A stretch of DNA of 64,000 bases, from the NCBI GenBank assembly GCA_038231275.1, contig JBBRLQ010000010.1, positions 128,001 to 192,000 on the forward strand. The letters are read 5' to 3'. Source of the DNA: Polyangiales bacterium (GTDB lineage Bacteria > Myxococcota_A > Polyangia > Polyangiales > Polyangiaceae). Within the stretch, counting starts at the first letter, position 1. Every line of letters starts with the position of its first letter. The notes under the pieces are model-generated. The model searched no databases and was not told the DNA's origin. It saw only the letters and a list, made by a program, of their open reading frames with translations. The translations under genes and the position numbers were made by a program. This document shows positions 1 to 8,276 of this stretch, one piece after another.

Positions 1-105
1 CCCGGACGCATGCCCGACGGACCCGTGTACCTCGACGGATTCGGCTACTCCGACACGGGACAGCTCGAGACGGTGACCGCGGTGTTCGTCCCCGCAGGCG
101 GATAG
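1..105 (+). CDS. 3' end of a gene running in from the left (hypothetical protein, partial)
   Basis: Frame 1 is open from base 1 (PGRMPDGPVYLDGFGYSDTGQLETVTAVFVPAGG) to TAG at 103-105, with GC3-rich codons. Confidence 0.6.
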   Translation, partial: PGRMPDGPVYLDGFGYSDTGQLETVTAVFVPAGG

Positions 106-132
106 TTGTCATACAAATTGGTAATACAACTT
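104..132. promoter_or_regulatory. AT-rich tandem GntR/FadR-like operator-shaped sequence
   Basis: TTGTCATACAA (106-116) followed by AATTGGTAATACAACTT (116-132); outer inverted repeat AGTTGT/ACAACT. Confidence 0.35.
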
Positions 133-140
133 TGAGGCGT

Positions 141-971
141 TCAGCTCGGCGTGCAGCCCTTGCCGAAGCACACCTCGAGCACCGCGTGCAGCTCGACGCC
201 GTTGGGCGCGACGCCGTTCTGTCCGTGCAAGAAATCGAAGAAGCCGGCGCCGCGCACCGTGACGGTCAGCGCGGGATATTGCGGCGACGACGTGACGTTC
301 AGCTGCGCGTCGACCTCGGAGCGCGCGCGAGAGATGAAGCACGCCCACGGCCCGCTCGGCGCGCACGGAGGGTAGGGGACCTCGACGATCATCGTGTGCG
401 CGCCGTCGCTCACGACCATGTGATAGTCGCTGTCGGTCTCGAGCTTGATCATCGCGAGGGTGACGTCCTTCAGCTCCCACATGCTGTCCTCGACCGGAGC
501 CGATCGCCCCGCGCCGCCGCCGGCCGAGGGGATGGCGACGAGCGACGCGATCGTCGTGCTCTTGGGGACGAGGCTGACGCTCGCTGCGCCGGGATCGGTC
601 CCGGTCTTGATGTCCCATCGCTCGCTGCCGCACGCGCCGCCGTTCTTCTTGTAGGCGCCGGGACCCGGGCACGTCATCGGGCCACTTCCGCTGGTTCCGC
701 TGGTTCCGCTGGTTCCGCTGGTTCCGCTGGTTCCGCTGGTTCCGCTGGTTCCGCTGGTTCCGCTGGTTCCGCTGCTCCCGCCGCTCGCGCCCGAAGTGCC
801 GCTCGCGCCCGATGCGCCGCTGCTTCCCGACGCCGCGCCGCTGGTTCCGCTGGTTCCGCTGGTTCCGCTCGCCCCATCGCCGTCGGGGGCGGACGTAGGC
901 GACGACGACGCGCTCGCTCCGCAGGCGGCCACCGCAAACGCGAGGAGCGAGACGAAAATGCGGTGCGTCAT
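141..971 (-). CDS. Lipoprotein with SGT-repeat linker and uncharacterised C-terminal 'CGxERW/ExDxDxH/GFFD/ELHAVL' domain
   Basis: ATG at 971; lipobox AVAAC; Ser/Gly/Thr linker; C-terminal domain paralogous to the N-terminal part of 18197..19816. Confidence 0.8.
   Translation of the reverse strand: MTHRIFVSLLAFAVAACGASASSSPTSAPDGDGASGTSGTSGTSGAASGSSGASGASGTSGASGGSSGTSGTSGTSGTSGTSGTSGTSGTSGTSGSGPMTCPGPGAYKKNGGACGSERWDIKTGTDPGAASVSLVPKSTTIASLVAIPSAGGGAGRSAPVEDSMWELKDVTLAMIKLETDSDYHMVVSDGAHTMIVEVPYPPCAPSGPWACFISRARSEVDAQLNVTSSPQYPALTVTVRGAGFFDFLHGQNGVAPNGVELHAVLEVCFGKGCTPS
686..870. repeat. 9-bp tandem repeat (TTCCGCTGG)n encoding (SGT)n
   Basis: About 9 perfect copies at 686-774 and 3 more at about 838-870, in frame within 141..971. 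Confidence 0.95.
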
Positions 972-1193
972 GGGAGGATTGCGTGCGCGACGTTGCACCC
1001 GCGAGATGTCCGGGTTGCAGCCCAACGATCAGACAATCCTCGCAGAAAAGGCCGGATCGCGAGGTCCCAAGCGGCGCCGCCCCGCTGCCGGTTGCCGATT
1101 CGGACATGGCCGTTGGAAAATTCCGGGAGTGCCCAACTCGGCGCGCGCGTGGGATGTGGCGTTCACCACTTCATCGCACACGAGGCACATCCC

Positions 1194-2288
1194 ATGACGC
1201 TCCGCATCTCCACGCACGTTCGCTCGCTCGCTCTCGTCGGTTTCGGTTTCGGCACGTTGGCGCTCGCGGCCTGCTCCGGCGGCGCTTCGTCGCAGGACGG
1301 CGCGCAGGCCTCCGACGAGGCGCTCCGAGGCCACCATGCGAACGTCCTCATCTCGGACCAGTTCAACAACCGCGTCATCGAGGTCGATTCGCGTCACCAC
1401 GTGGTGTGGTCGTTCGGCGACGGGTCGAGCGTCGCAGGCCCCACGTCGATCGTCGCGCCCAACGACGCCGAGCGCATCGGCGACTACACGCTCATCTCGG
1501 CCACCGGTGCGCCCGCCGGCAGCGAGCCCTCGTGCACCGACGCGTGCGCCGACAACCGCGTCCTCATCGTCGATCGCTACGGCAGCATCGTGTGGCAGTA
1601 CGGCAAGGCGGGTGTCACCGGAGCCAGCAAAAATGAGCTGAACGCGCCGGTCGCCGCGACGTACCTCCCGAACGGCCACGTCCTCATCACCGATCAGGGC
1701 AACGCGCGCGTCATCGAGGTCGACGGCTCCGAGATCGTGTGGCAGTTCGGCACCACCGGCACGACCGGCACCGACGCGAACCAGCTGAACAATCCGAACA
1801 GCGCCGAGCTCCTCCGCAACGGCAACGTCCTCGTCGCCGACGAAGGCAATAACCGCGTCCTCGAGATCGACCACAGCCACCACGTCGTGTGGTCGTACGG
1901 CGACCCCGCGAATACGACGCTCCTCAGCGGCCCCGCCTTCGCGAGCCGCCTCCCCAATGGCAACACGCTCATCTCGGACTCCGGCAACAACCGCATCGTC
2001 GAGGTCACGCGCGGCGGCCAGATCGCCTTCACGTTCGACACGAGCGCCCGCTCCGGCAGCGTCGCGGCGCCCAACCCGACCCGCGCGATGCGCCTCAAGA
2101 GCGGCAACACGCTCATCAGCGATCAGAACAATCACCAGGTCATCGAGGTCGATCACACGGGCAAGATCGTCTTCACGCAGGGAGCGATCGGCGTCGCGGG
2201 CAAGGGCTTCGACAAGCTGAACGCGCCGTACGACGCCAAGGTCATCGGGGACTTCACGGGCATCACCGATCCGTTCGCGGCGTACTGA
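1194..2288 (+). CDS. Lipoprotein with NHL-like/beta-propeller repeats
   Basis: ATG at 1194; lipobox LAAC; repeated NG(N/H)xLI(S/T/A)DxxNNRVIEVD...VVW units. Confidence 0.85.
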   Translation: MTLRISTHVRSLALVGFGFGTLALAACSGGASSQDGAQASDEALRGHHANVLISDQFNNRVIEVDSRHHVVWSFGDGSSVAGPTSIVAPNDAERIGDYTLISATGAPAGSEPSCTDACADNRVLIVDRYGSIVWQYGKAGVTGASKNELNAPVAATYLPNGHVLITDQGNARVIEVDGSEIVWQFGTTGTTGTDANQLNNPNSAELLRNGNVLVADEGNNRVLEIDHSHHVVWSYGDPANTTLLSGPAFASRLPNGNTLISDSGNNRIVEVTRGGQIAFTFDTSARSGSVAAPNPTRAMRLKSGNTLISDQNNHQVIEVDHTGKIVFTQGAIGVAGKGFDKLNAPYDAKVIGDFTGITDPFAAY

Positions 2289-2364
2289 TAATTCCGAGCA
2301 GAACGGAAAAGTGAAGTAGGTCACCGTAGACAAACGGCGGGGTTCTGGTTACAGAGGTCGGGTT

Positions 2365-2910
2365 TTGAAGAAAACCGCCCTCCTCTCTCTCCTCTTCTAT
2401 GGTCTGGCCGCGTCGGCCGCCTCGTTGGGCTGCGGCTCCGCGCCCGAGCAGGAGAGCGTTTCTTCCGGGGACGACGCGCTGCGCGCCCACGCGCACGCGC
2501 CGATCCCGGAGGTGCTCCAGTACGTCGGCGCCTACGAGGGGGGCGGGACCGTTTCCGCACTGGAGCTTCGGCGCGACGGGACCTTTACGGCGACGATCGA
2601 TGGCGCGCGGTGTAGCGGTCGGTACGAGGGGCCCCACGCGCCGACGACCGCGGTGAAGATCGCGTTCATCGCGCACGGTGAGGCGTTCTCGGCCACGGTG
2701 CCGGAGTGGTCGGAGAAGCAGCGTCTCGTCGTCACGCGCGCGGGCCACGTCGAGACGGTGACGTCGGCGTGGAAAGCAGGGTCGGAGCAGATCTGCGACG
2801 ACAGCGGCGGCGCGTGGACGGACGACGATCCCGATCCCGCGACGGGCCTCTACTGCGTCTGCGCGTCGCCCCTGCAGTACATCCCGAGCCTCGGCGGCTG
2901 CACGCGCTGA
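2365..2910 (+). CDS. Hypothetical lipoprotein with Cys-rich C-terminus
   Basis: TTG start after GAGG; signal peptide with SLGC; C-terminal CDDSGG..W..YCVC..GGC. Confidence 0.75.
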   Translation: MKKTALLSLLFYGLAASAASLGCGSAPEQESVSSGDDALRAHAHAPIPEVLQYVGAYEGGGTVSALELRRDGTFTATIDGARCSGRYEGPHAPTTAVKIAFIAHGEAFSATVPEWSEKQRLVVTRAGHVETVTSAWKAGSEQICDDSGGAWTDDDPDPATGLYCVCASPLQYIPSLGGCTR

Positions 2911-2938
2911 GCGTCGACGACGCGGGCGCTCGCGTTTC

Positions 2939-3916
2939 TCAGAACGTGCCCGTGAGCGACACGCTGCCGCCGCCCGGAACCGGCGCGGCGCCCACCCACA
3001 CGACGCGCCCCTCGGCGTCCCTGCGGTGGAGGTGCGGAACGAGCACGCCCACCGCGGCGCCGGCGAACGCGCCTGCGATGACGTCGGTCGGAAAATGCGC
3101 GCCCGCACGTACGCGCTCGATGCTGACTCCCGCGGTGAGGACCGTGGCCGCGGCGAGCGTGACCCACGGACGCCATGAGCGCGGCGAGCGTCGGAACGCG
3201 AGGTACGTGGCGGTTGCACCCGCGGCGGCGGTCATCGCGGCGTGCCCGGAGAAGAAGGAGAGCGACGCGTCGGTGTCGCTGATCGACGGGGATTTGTCGG
3301 CTCCACCGAACTGCGCGTCGAGCTTTGCCTGCTCGCTGTAGGCGCGCGGCCGGGGGCGACGCACGGCGACCTTGGAGATGTCCGTCAAGACGAGCGTGAG
3401 CGAGAGCGACTCGGCGTAGAGCACGAGATCGACAATCGCGGCGTCTACGCCGTCGCGTACGCCGGAGAGGACGGGGTCGAGGACCGCGTAGCCCATCGCG
3501 AGGTAGATGCCGACGTTGGAAATGGTGCCGGCGTTGGGATCGATCGTCTGCGTGACTGCGCCGCGATCGATCGACAAGAGCACGCTGGGATCGGCGGGGC
3601 GCTGCGGGCGAATCTCGCCGGTCGTCAGAATCAGCTCGTTCACGCCGGCGAAGCCCGCGGTCACCGCGATGAACGTGCAATCGAAAATCGGGTCGACCCT
3701 GAAGTGTTGATCGTCGGGCTCGCTCGCGGGCGGCACCGGGCTCGGCGAGGGCGTCGCGGGAGATGCGGGGCTCGTCGGAGCGGTCGTGGGGGCGGCTGTA
3801 TCCGAGGGAGCCGTCGGGACGGACGGATCTTGGGCCGCCGACGTCGCCGCGGAGAGGAGCGTCGCCAACGTCATCGCGGCGCCGCGGGCGGCCGCTCGAA
3901 CACGCACTCCGGACAT
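2939..3916 (-). CDS. PAP2-family phosphatase
   Basis: Motifs KVAVRRPRP, SFFSGH and RVRAGAHFPTDV; hydrophobic helices; N-terminal signal and Pro-rich linker. Confidence 0.9.
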   Translation of the reverse strand: MSGVRVRAAARGAAMTLATLLSAATSAAQDPSVPTAPSDTAAPTTAPTSPASPATPSPSPVPPASEPDDQHFRVDPIFDCTFIAVTAGFAGVNELILTTGEIRPQRPADPSVLLSIDRGAVTQTIDPNAGTISNVGIYLAMGYAVLDPVLSGVRDGVDAAIVDLVLYAESLSLTLVLTDISKVAVRRPRPRAYSEQAKLDAQFGGADKSPSISDTDASLSFFSGHAAMTAAAGATATYLAFRRSPRSWRPWVTLAAATVLTAGVSIERVRAGAHFPTDVIAGAFAGAAVGVLVPHLHRRDAEGRVVWVGAAPVPGGGSVSLTGTF

Positions 3917-3988
3917 GGACCCTTCTTTCGCCCGCACCCTATCAAATCCCGCGCCCCGTCTGTCGCGCTTTGCGGCACACTACGGCTG

Positions 3989-4678
3989 ATGATGCGCCCT
4001 CGACACGACCCTCGATCCATCGCGCCGCTTTTCGCTGTCGTCCTCGCCGCCGCCGCCGCATGCGGTAGCCCCGCGGCGCCGCCCGTCGTCCCGCCCGTCC
4101 CGACTTCGCCAGTCCCGACGGCCTCCGCGCCGCCGATCGCGTCGGTGCCCGTTCCGTCGACGTCAGCGCCAGCACCTTCCGCGTCTGCGCCGGTCATCGC
4201 GACGCCGCCTCCCGGCCGCATGCTCGCCGTCGGCAAGACCGAGTACGAAGCGCGCCTCAAGGGATTGGGGCTCGATATCCGGAACCTCCCGCGCCTCGCC
4301 ACGATGGACGCGCAGAAGCGCCGGCTGGTGATGGACTACATCGCCGAGGCGACCGGTGCAGACTGCACGGATTGCCACGCCAGCGAGGAAGACTTCAAGG
4401 CGATGACGCCGCGCAAGGCCGTCGCCATGCACATGTGGGACGACTGGACGCGCGGCCTCGTCGCGACGGACGGCAGCCCCATCTTCTGCGACTCGTGCCA
4501 CCACGGCGCGCTCGCCGTCATCGACCACCGCGACACGGAGAAGGTCGCGAAGTGGATGAAGGAGAACATGGTCGCCAAGCTCGCGCGCAAGGACAAGAAG
4601 AAGCAGGCCTGCGAGAATTGCCACGGCGATCCGTTCGACAACAACTTCCTCGAGAAGTGGCGGAAGACTACGCGCTGA
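3989..4678 (+). CDS. Triheme c-type cytochrome lipoprotein (resembles the reaction-centre cytochrome c subunit family)
   Basis: Lipobox AAAC, Pro-rich linker, three CxxCH motifs (CTDCH, CDSCH, CENCH), each with an upstream Met. Confidence 0.8.
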   Translation: MMRPRHDPRSIAPLFAVVLAAAAACGSPAAPPVVPPVPTSPVPTASAPPIASVPVPSTSAPAPSASAPVIATPPPGRMLAVGKTEYEARLKGLGLDIRNLPRLATMDAQKRRLVMDYIAEATGADCTDCHASEEDFKAMTPRKAVAMHMWDDWTRGLVATDGSPIFCDSCHHGALAVIDHRDTEKVAKWMKENMVAKLARKDKKKQACENCHGDPFDNNFLEKWRKTTR

Positions 4679-4718
4679 GTGGAGCGAAGCGCAGCGGAGC
4701 GAAAACGATCCTGACGGA

Positions 4719-4749
4719 AGGGCCTGACCGGCTTTTCAGGTCAGGCCCT
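4719..4749. terminator. Hairpin between convergent genes
   Basis: AGGGCCTGACC / GGTCAGGCCCT 11-bp stem overlapping the desaturase stop codon. Confidence 0.5.
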
Positions 4750-5868
4750 GACCGGCCGTCCGAGCTCTCGCAGGTGCGTGAAGTGCGAGAGGAGCGCGCT
4801 CCGCAGCGTCCCGTGGCTGCGCCGCCGCACGCCGTGCTTGGCCGCGACGTCGGCGACGATGACCGCGAGCGCCGGATAGTGAACGTGGCAGACCTTCGGG
4901 AAGAGGTGATGCTCGACTTGGAAGTTCAGCCCGCCCATGAACCATGAGGCGACGGCGTTGTCGGCGGCGAAGTCGACGCACGTCGCGAGCTGATGCACGG
5001 CCCAGTCGCTCTGGATCAAACCGTCGGCCGGCGCCGCGGGAAACTCGGCCTCGCCGGTGCAGTGCGCGAGCTGGAACACCGTCCCCAGCGTCGCCCCGAG
5101 CGTGAACGCCGCGACGAAGTGGAAGAGCAGGACGTAGAGCAGCGGGTGGAACAGCGCAGGGATGACGATGGCCCACCCGACGAAGAAGATCTTCCACGCG
5201 ACGAAGCCCACCATCGCCGCGCGCCCCGGCTTGGGCAGCTTGTGCAGACCGATGAGCCCTCGTGCGACGATCACGAAGTCGTCGAAGAAGACCCACTTGG
5301 GGAGGAGGAACCCGTAGAGCGCCCACAAGTAGACGTGCTGGAAGCGATGCCACGGGCGCCGCCGCTGCTCGGGCGACAGCCGCGCGAGGACCCCGAAGTC
5401 GAGATCGTAGTCGACGCCCGCGACGTTGGTGAACGTGTGGTGAAAGACGTTGTGCTTGGGGCGCCAGATGAACGAGCAGACGCCCATCACGTCGAGCGTG
5501 GCCCCGAAGACATGGTTGATCCACGCGTGCCGCGACATCGCGCCATGGTTGGCGTCGTGCTGGACGCTCATCCCGACCGCCGCGACCGACAAGCCGAGCG
5601 AGATCGCTGCGAGCATCGCCTGCCACGCGCTGGCAGCCGCGAAGACGAGAACCGCCCACGAGCCGATGAACCACGCGAGGATGATCGCGGTCTTCAGGTA
5701 CATCCGCGGGGAGTCGCGTCGGGCTTGCCCGCGTCCCTCGAAGTGCGCGTCGACCGCGACTTGAAGCTCGCGCGAGAAGTCTCCTCGCTCGCCGAACCTG
5801 ACGCGAGGCAATCCGACGGTAGCCGCCACTCGTTGAACATTACGATGCGACCGAGGCTCTGCCGTCAT
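4741..5868 (-). CDS. Membrane fatty-acid (acyl-CoA) desaturase
   Basis: His boxes HDANH, HNVFHH and QVEHHLFP; ATG at 5868. Confidence 0.92.
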   Translation of the reverse strand: MTAEPRSHRNVQRVAATVGLPRVRFGERGDFSRELQVAVDAHFEGRGQARRDSPRMYLKTAIILAWFIGSWAVLVFAAASAWQAMLAAISLGLSVAAVGMSVQHDANHGAMSRHAWINHVFGATLDVMGVCSFIWRPKHNVFHHTFTNVAGVDYDLDFGVLARLSPEQRRRPWHRFQHVYLWALYGFLLPKWVFFDDFVIVARGLIGLHKLPKPGRAAMVGFVAWKIFFVGWAIVIPALFHPLLYVLLFHFVAAFTLGATLGTVFQLAHCTGEAEFPAAPADGLIQSDWAVHQLATCVDFAADNAVASWFMGGLNFQVEHHLFPKVCHVHYPALAVIVADVAAKHGVRRRSHGTLRSALLSHFTHLRELGRPVRA

Positions 5869-5988
5869 TGTTTGACCACGACCGTACGCTTTCCGCGCCC
5901 GGCTGGACCTGGATTTGATACCCAGCGGCCCGTCCGTGCGTACTCTAGCTGTTCCAGGAGCGAGAATAACGCGAGCACCGGGGAATCG

Positions 5989-7299
5989 ATGGGTCATCAC
6001 GCCGAGAGGGTCACGGAGCGCACGAATCGCGCGGTGAAGGGGACGACGCCGGCGTCCCTCGCAGAGTTTCTGCGCGTCCGGGCCGCCACCGAAGCGCTCG
6101 CCGCGCCGCTGTCGGCGGAGGACCAGACCCTCCAAGCCGCGCCCGAGTGCAGTCCCACCAAATGGCATCGCGCGCACACGACCTGGTTCTTCGAGACGTT
6201 CCTCCTCGCGCCGCGGGGGATCGCGCCGCTCCACCCCGAGTGGGCGACGCTCTTCAACTCGTACTACGTGGCCGTCGGGCCGCGCGGCGCCAGGACGAAG
6301 CGAGGGATGCTCTCGCGCCCGTCGTCTGCGGAGATCGGAGAGTATCGGCGCGCGGTCGATGGCCGCGTCGTTCGCTTGCTCGAGTCCGCGGGCGACGACG
6401 AGCTGAGCGAGATCGAAGGCGTGATCGCGCTGGGCCTCGCGCACGAAGAGCAGCACCAGGAGCTGCTCCTCACGGACATTCGTTGGGCGCTGCACGACAA
6501 CCCGCTCTTGCCGGCGTATCGGCAGCTCGGCGCCCCGCCACATGATGCGCGCGCATCGAAGCTCTCGTTCCAGATGCTCGAAGGAGGGCTACGCGAGATC
6601 GGCCTCTCGGAAGGGACCGAGTTCCGCTTCGACAACGAGGAGCCGCGGCACAGCGTGTTCGTCGAGCCGTTCGCGCTCGGGCGCCGGCTGGTGACTGTCG
6701 GCGAGTGGAAGGCCTTCGCCGACGCGGGCGGCTACGACGACGCGCTCCTTTGGCTGTCGGATGGCTTCGACTGGGCGCGCGCGAACGACGTCCACGCGCC
6801 GATGTACGCCACCCGCGACGGCGGCGCGCTCGTGTCGTTCGGCCTCGGCGGCGCGCGCGAGCTCCACGACGATGAGCCGCTCGCGAACGTCAGCTTCTAC
6901 GAGGCCGACGCGATCGCGCGCTTCATGGACGCGCGCCTGCCGACGGAGGCGGAGTGGGAGGTCGCGGCGCTCACCACCAACGCCGATCCCCGCGCGGGGA
7001 ATTTCGTCGGGGACGATCTGCTCTCTCCGCGATCCGCCGGCGGCGAGGGGGTGACGCAGCTCTACGGTGATGCGTGGGAATGGACCAGCTCGGCGTACGC
7101 GCCCTATCCAGGATTTCGCACTCGCGCCGGGGCCGTTGGCGAGTACAACGGGAAGTTCATGGTGAACCAGCTCGTCCTCCGCGGCGGATCGTGCCTCACC
7201 CCTCGAGGCCATGTGCGCGCCAGTTACCGCAATTTCTGGCATCCGCATACGCGGTTCCAGACGACCGGCGTGCGGCTCGCGCGCGCGGGGGACCGTTGA
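5989..7299 (+). CDS. egtB: Ergothioneine biosynthesis sulfoxide synthase EgtB
   Basis: SPTKWHRAHTTWFFE, HEEQHQELLLTD, FGE-sulfatase-like C-terminus (GEYNGKFM, YRNFW). Confidence 0.95.
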   Translation: MGHHAERVTERTNRAVKGTTPASLAEFLRVRAATEALAAPLSAEDQTLQAAPECSPTKWHRAHTTWFFETFLLAPRGIAPLHPEWATLFNSYYVAVGPRGARTKRGMLSRPSSAEIGEYRRAVDGRVVRLLESAGDDELSEIEGVIALGLAHEEQHQELLLTDIRWALHDNPLLPAYRQLGAPPHDARASKLSFQMLEGGLREIGLSEGTEFRFDNEEPRHSVFVEPFALGRRLVTVGEWKAFADAGGYDDALLWLSDGFDWARANDVHAPMYATRDGGALVSFGLGGARELHDDEPLANVSFYEADAIARFMDARLPTEAEWEVAALTTNADPRAGNFVGDDLLSPRSAGGEGVTQLYGDAWEWTSSAYAPYPGFRTRAGAVGEYNGKFMVNQLVLRGGSCLTPRGHVRASYRNFWHPHTRFQTTGVRLARAGDR

Positions 7300-8276
7300 G
7301 CGCGTCGCCCCAGGGGAACGTCGCGCACGACGAGGTCGCGGAGGCGGTCCTGCGCGGGCTGACGGCGCCACGCAAATCGCTGCCGCCGTTCTTGTTCTAC
7401 GACGCGCGCGGGTCGGCGCTCTTCGAGGACATCACCGAGCTCCCGGAGTACTACCTGACGCGCACCGAGCGCGGGATCTTGGTGGACGACGCCGATCGCA
7501 TCGTGGCGGCGATCCTCCGGAGCGCGCGCGGCCCCGTGGCCGTCCTCGAGCTCGGCGCCGGCACCGCGACGAAGACCGACATCCTTCTCCAGGCGTTCGC
7601 GCGGGCCCGCAAGGACGTGCACTACTTCCCGGCCGACGTCTCACCGACGCCGCTCGACGTCGCCCGCGCGCGCATCGCCTCCACGCTGCCACAGATTCGC
7701 GTGTCGCCCATCGTCGGGACCCACGACGACGCGCTCCAGCGCATGAGGGAGTGGGAGGGCGAGCTCGCCGTATTTTTCCTGGGAAGCTCCATCGGAAACT
7801 ACGCGGACGACGACGCCGTCGCGCTGATCGCGGAGGTACGCGGCGCGATCGGACGGCATGGCTCGCTGTTGCTCGGCGCCGATCGGACCAAGTCGCTCGA
7901 CGTCCTGCTGCCGGCCTACGACGATCCGGCCGGCGTCACCGCGGCGTTCAACCGCAACGTGCTCGTTCGCATCAACCGCGAGCTCGGGGGCGATTTCGAT
8001 CCGGCGTCGTTCCGTCACGTCGCGATCTGGAACGAAGGGACGAGCGCGATCGAGATGCACCTCGAGAGCGTCGTCGCACAGCGCGCGCACGTTGCCGCGC
8101 TCGGCCTGACCGTCGACTTTGCGCGAGGTGAGCGCATCCATACCGAGTCGAGCCACAAATACACGGAGCGCCACGTGGCGGAGCTCCTCGAGGCCGCGGG
8201 GCTCAGGTCCGAGTCGGCGTTCGAGGACGCACGGCGCTGGTTCTCCTTGCACCTCGCGCGCGCGCTCTCCGCGTAA
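7296..8276 (+). CDS. egtD: L-histidine N-alpha-methyltransferase EgtD
   Basis: FYDARGSALFEDITELPEYYLTRTE, ELGAG, LGSSIGN, IHTESSHKY; TTG start overlaps the egtB stop. Confidence 0.95.
   Translation: MSASPQGNVAHDEVAEAVLRGLTAPRKSLPPFLFYDARGSALFEDITELPEYYLTRTERGILVDDADRIVAAILRSARGPVAVLELGAGTATKTDILLQAFARARKDVHYFPADVSPTPLDVARARIASTLPQIRVSPIVGTHDDALQRMREWEGELAVFFLGSSIGNYADDDAVALIAEVRGAIGRHGSLLLGADRTKSLDVLLPAYDDPAGVTAAFNRNVLVRINRELGGDFDPASFRHVAIWNEGTSAIEMHLESVVAQRAHVAALGLTVDFARGERIHTESSHKYTERHVAELLEAAGLRSESAFEDARRWFSLHLARALSA

Noticed and set aside
686..870. Tandem repeat as a CRISPR array
   Set aside because: The unit is 9 bp with no spacers, lies in frame within a CDS, and no cas genes are present
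132..1193. Long N-terminal extensions in the ORF track (132..2288, 4993..7299, 39365..41020 and others)
   Set aside because: The extensions overlap opposite-strand genes; signal peptides and paralog alignment place the starts downstream
3989..4678. Evidence for phototrophy
   Set aside because: No reaction-centre or bacteriochlorophyll genes in the window
5989..8276. Selenoneine or ovothiol cluster
   Set aside because: This is an ordinary egtB-egtD pair with no SenB/SelD neighbours and no fused C-terminal methyltransferase
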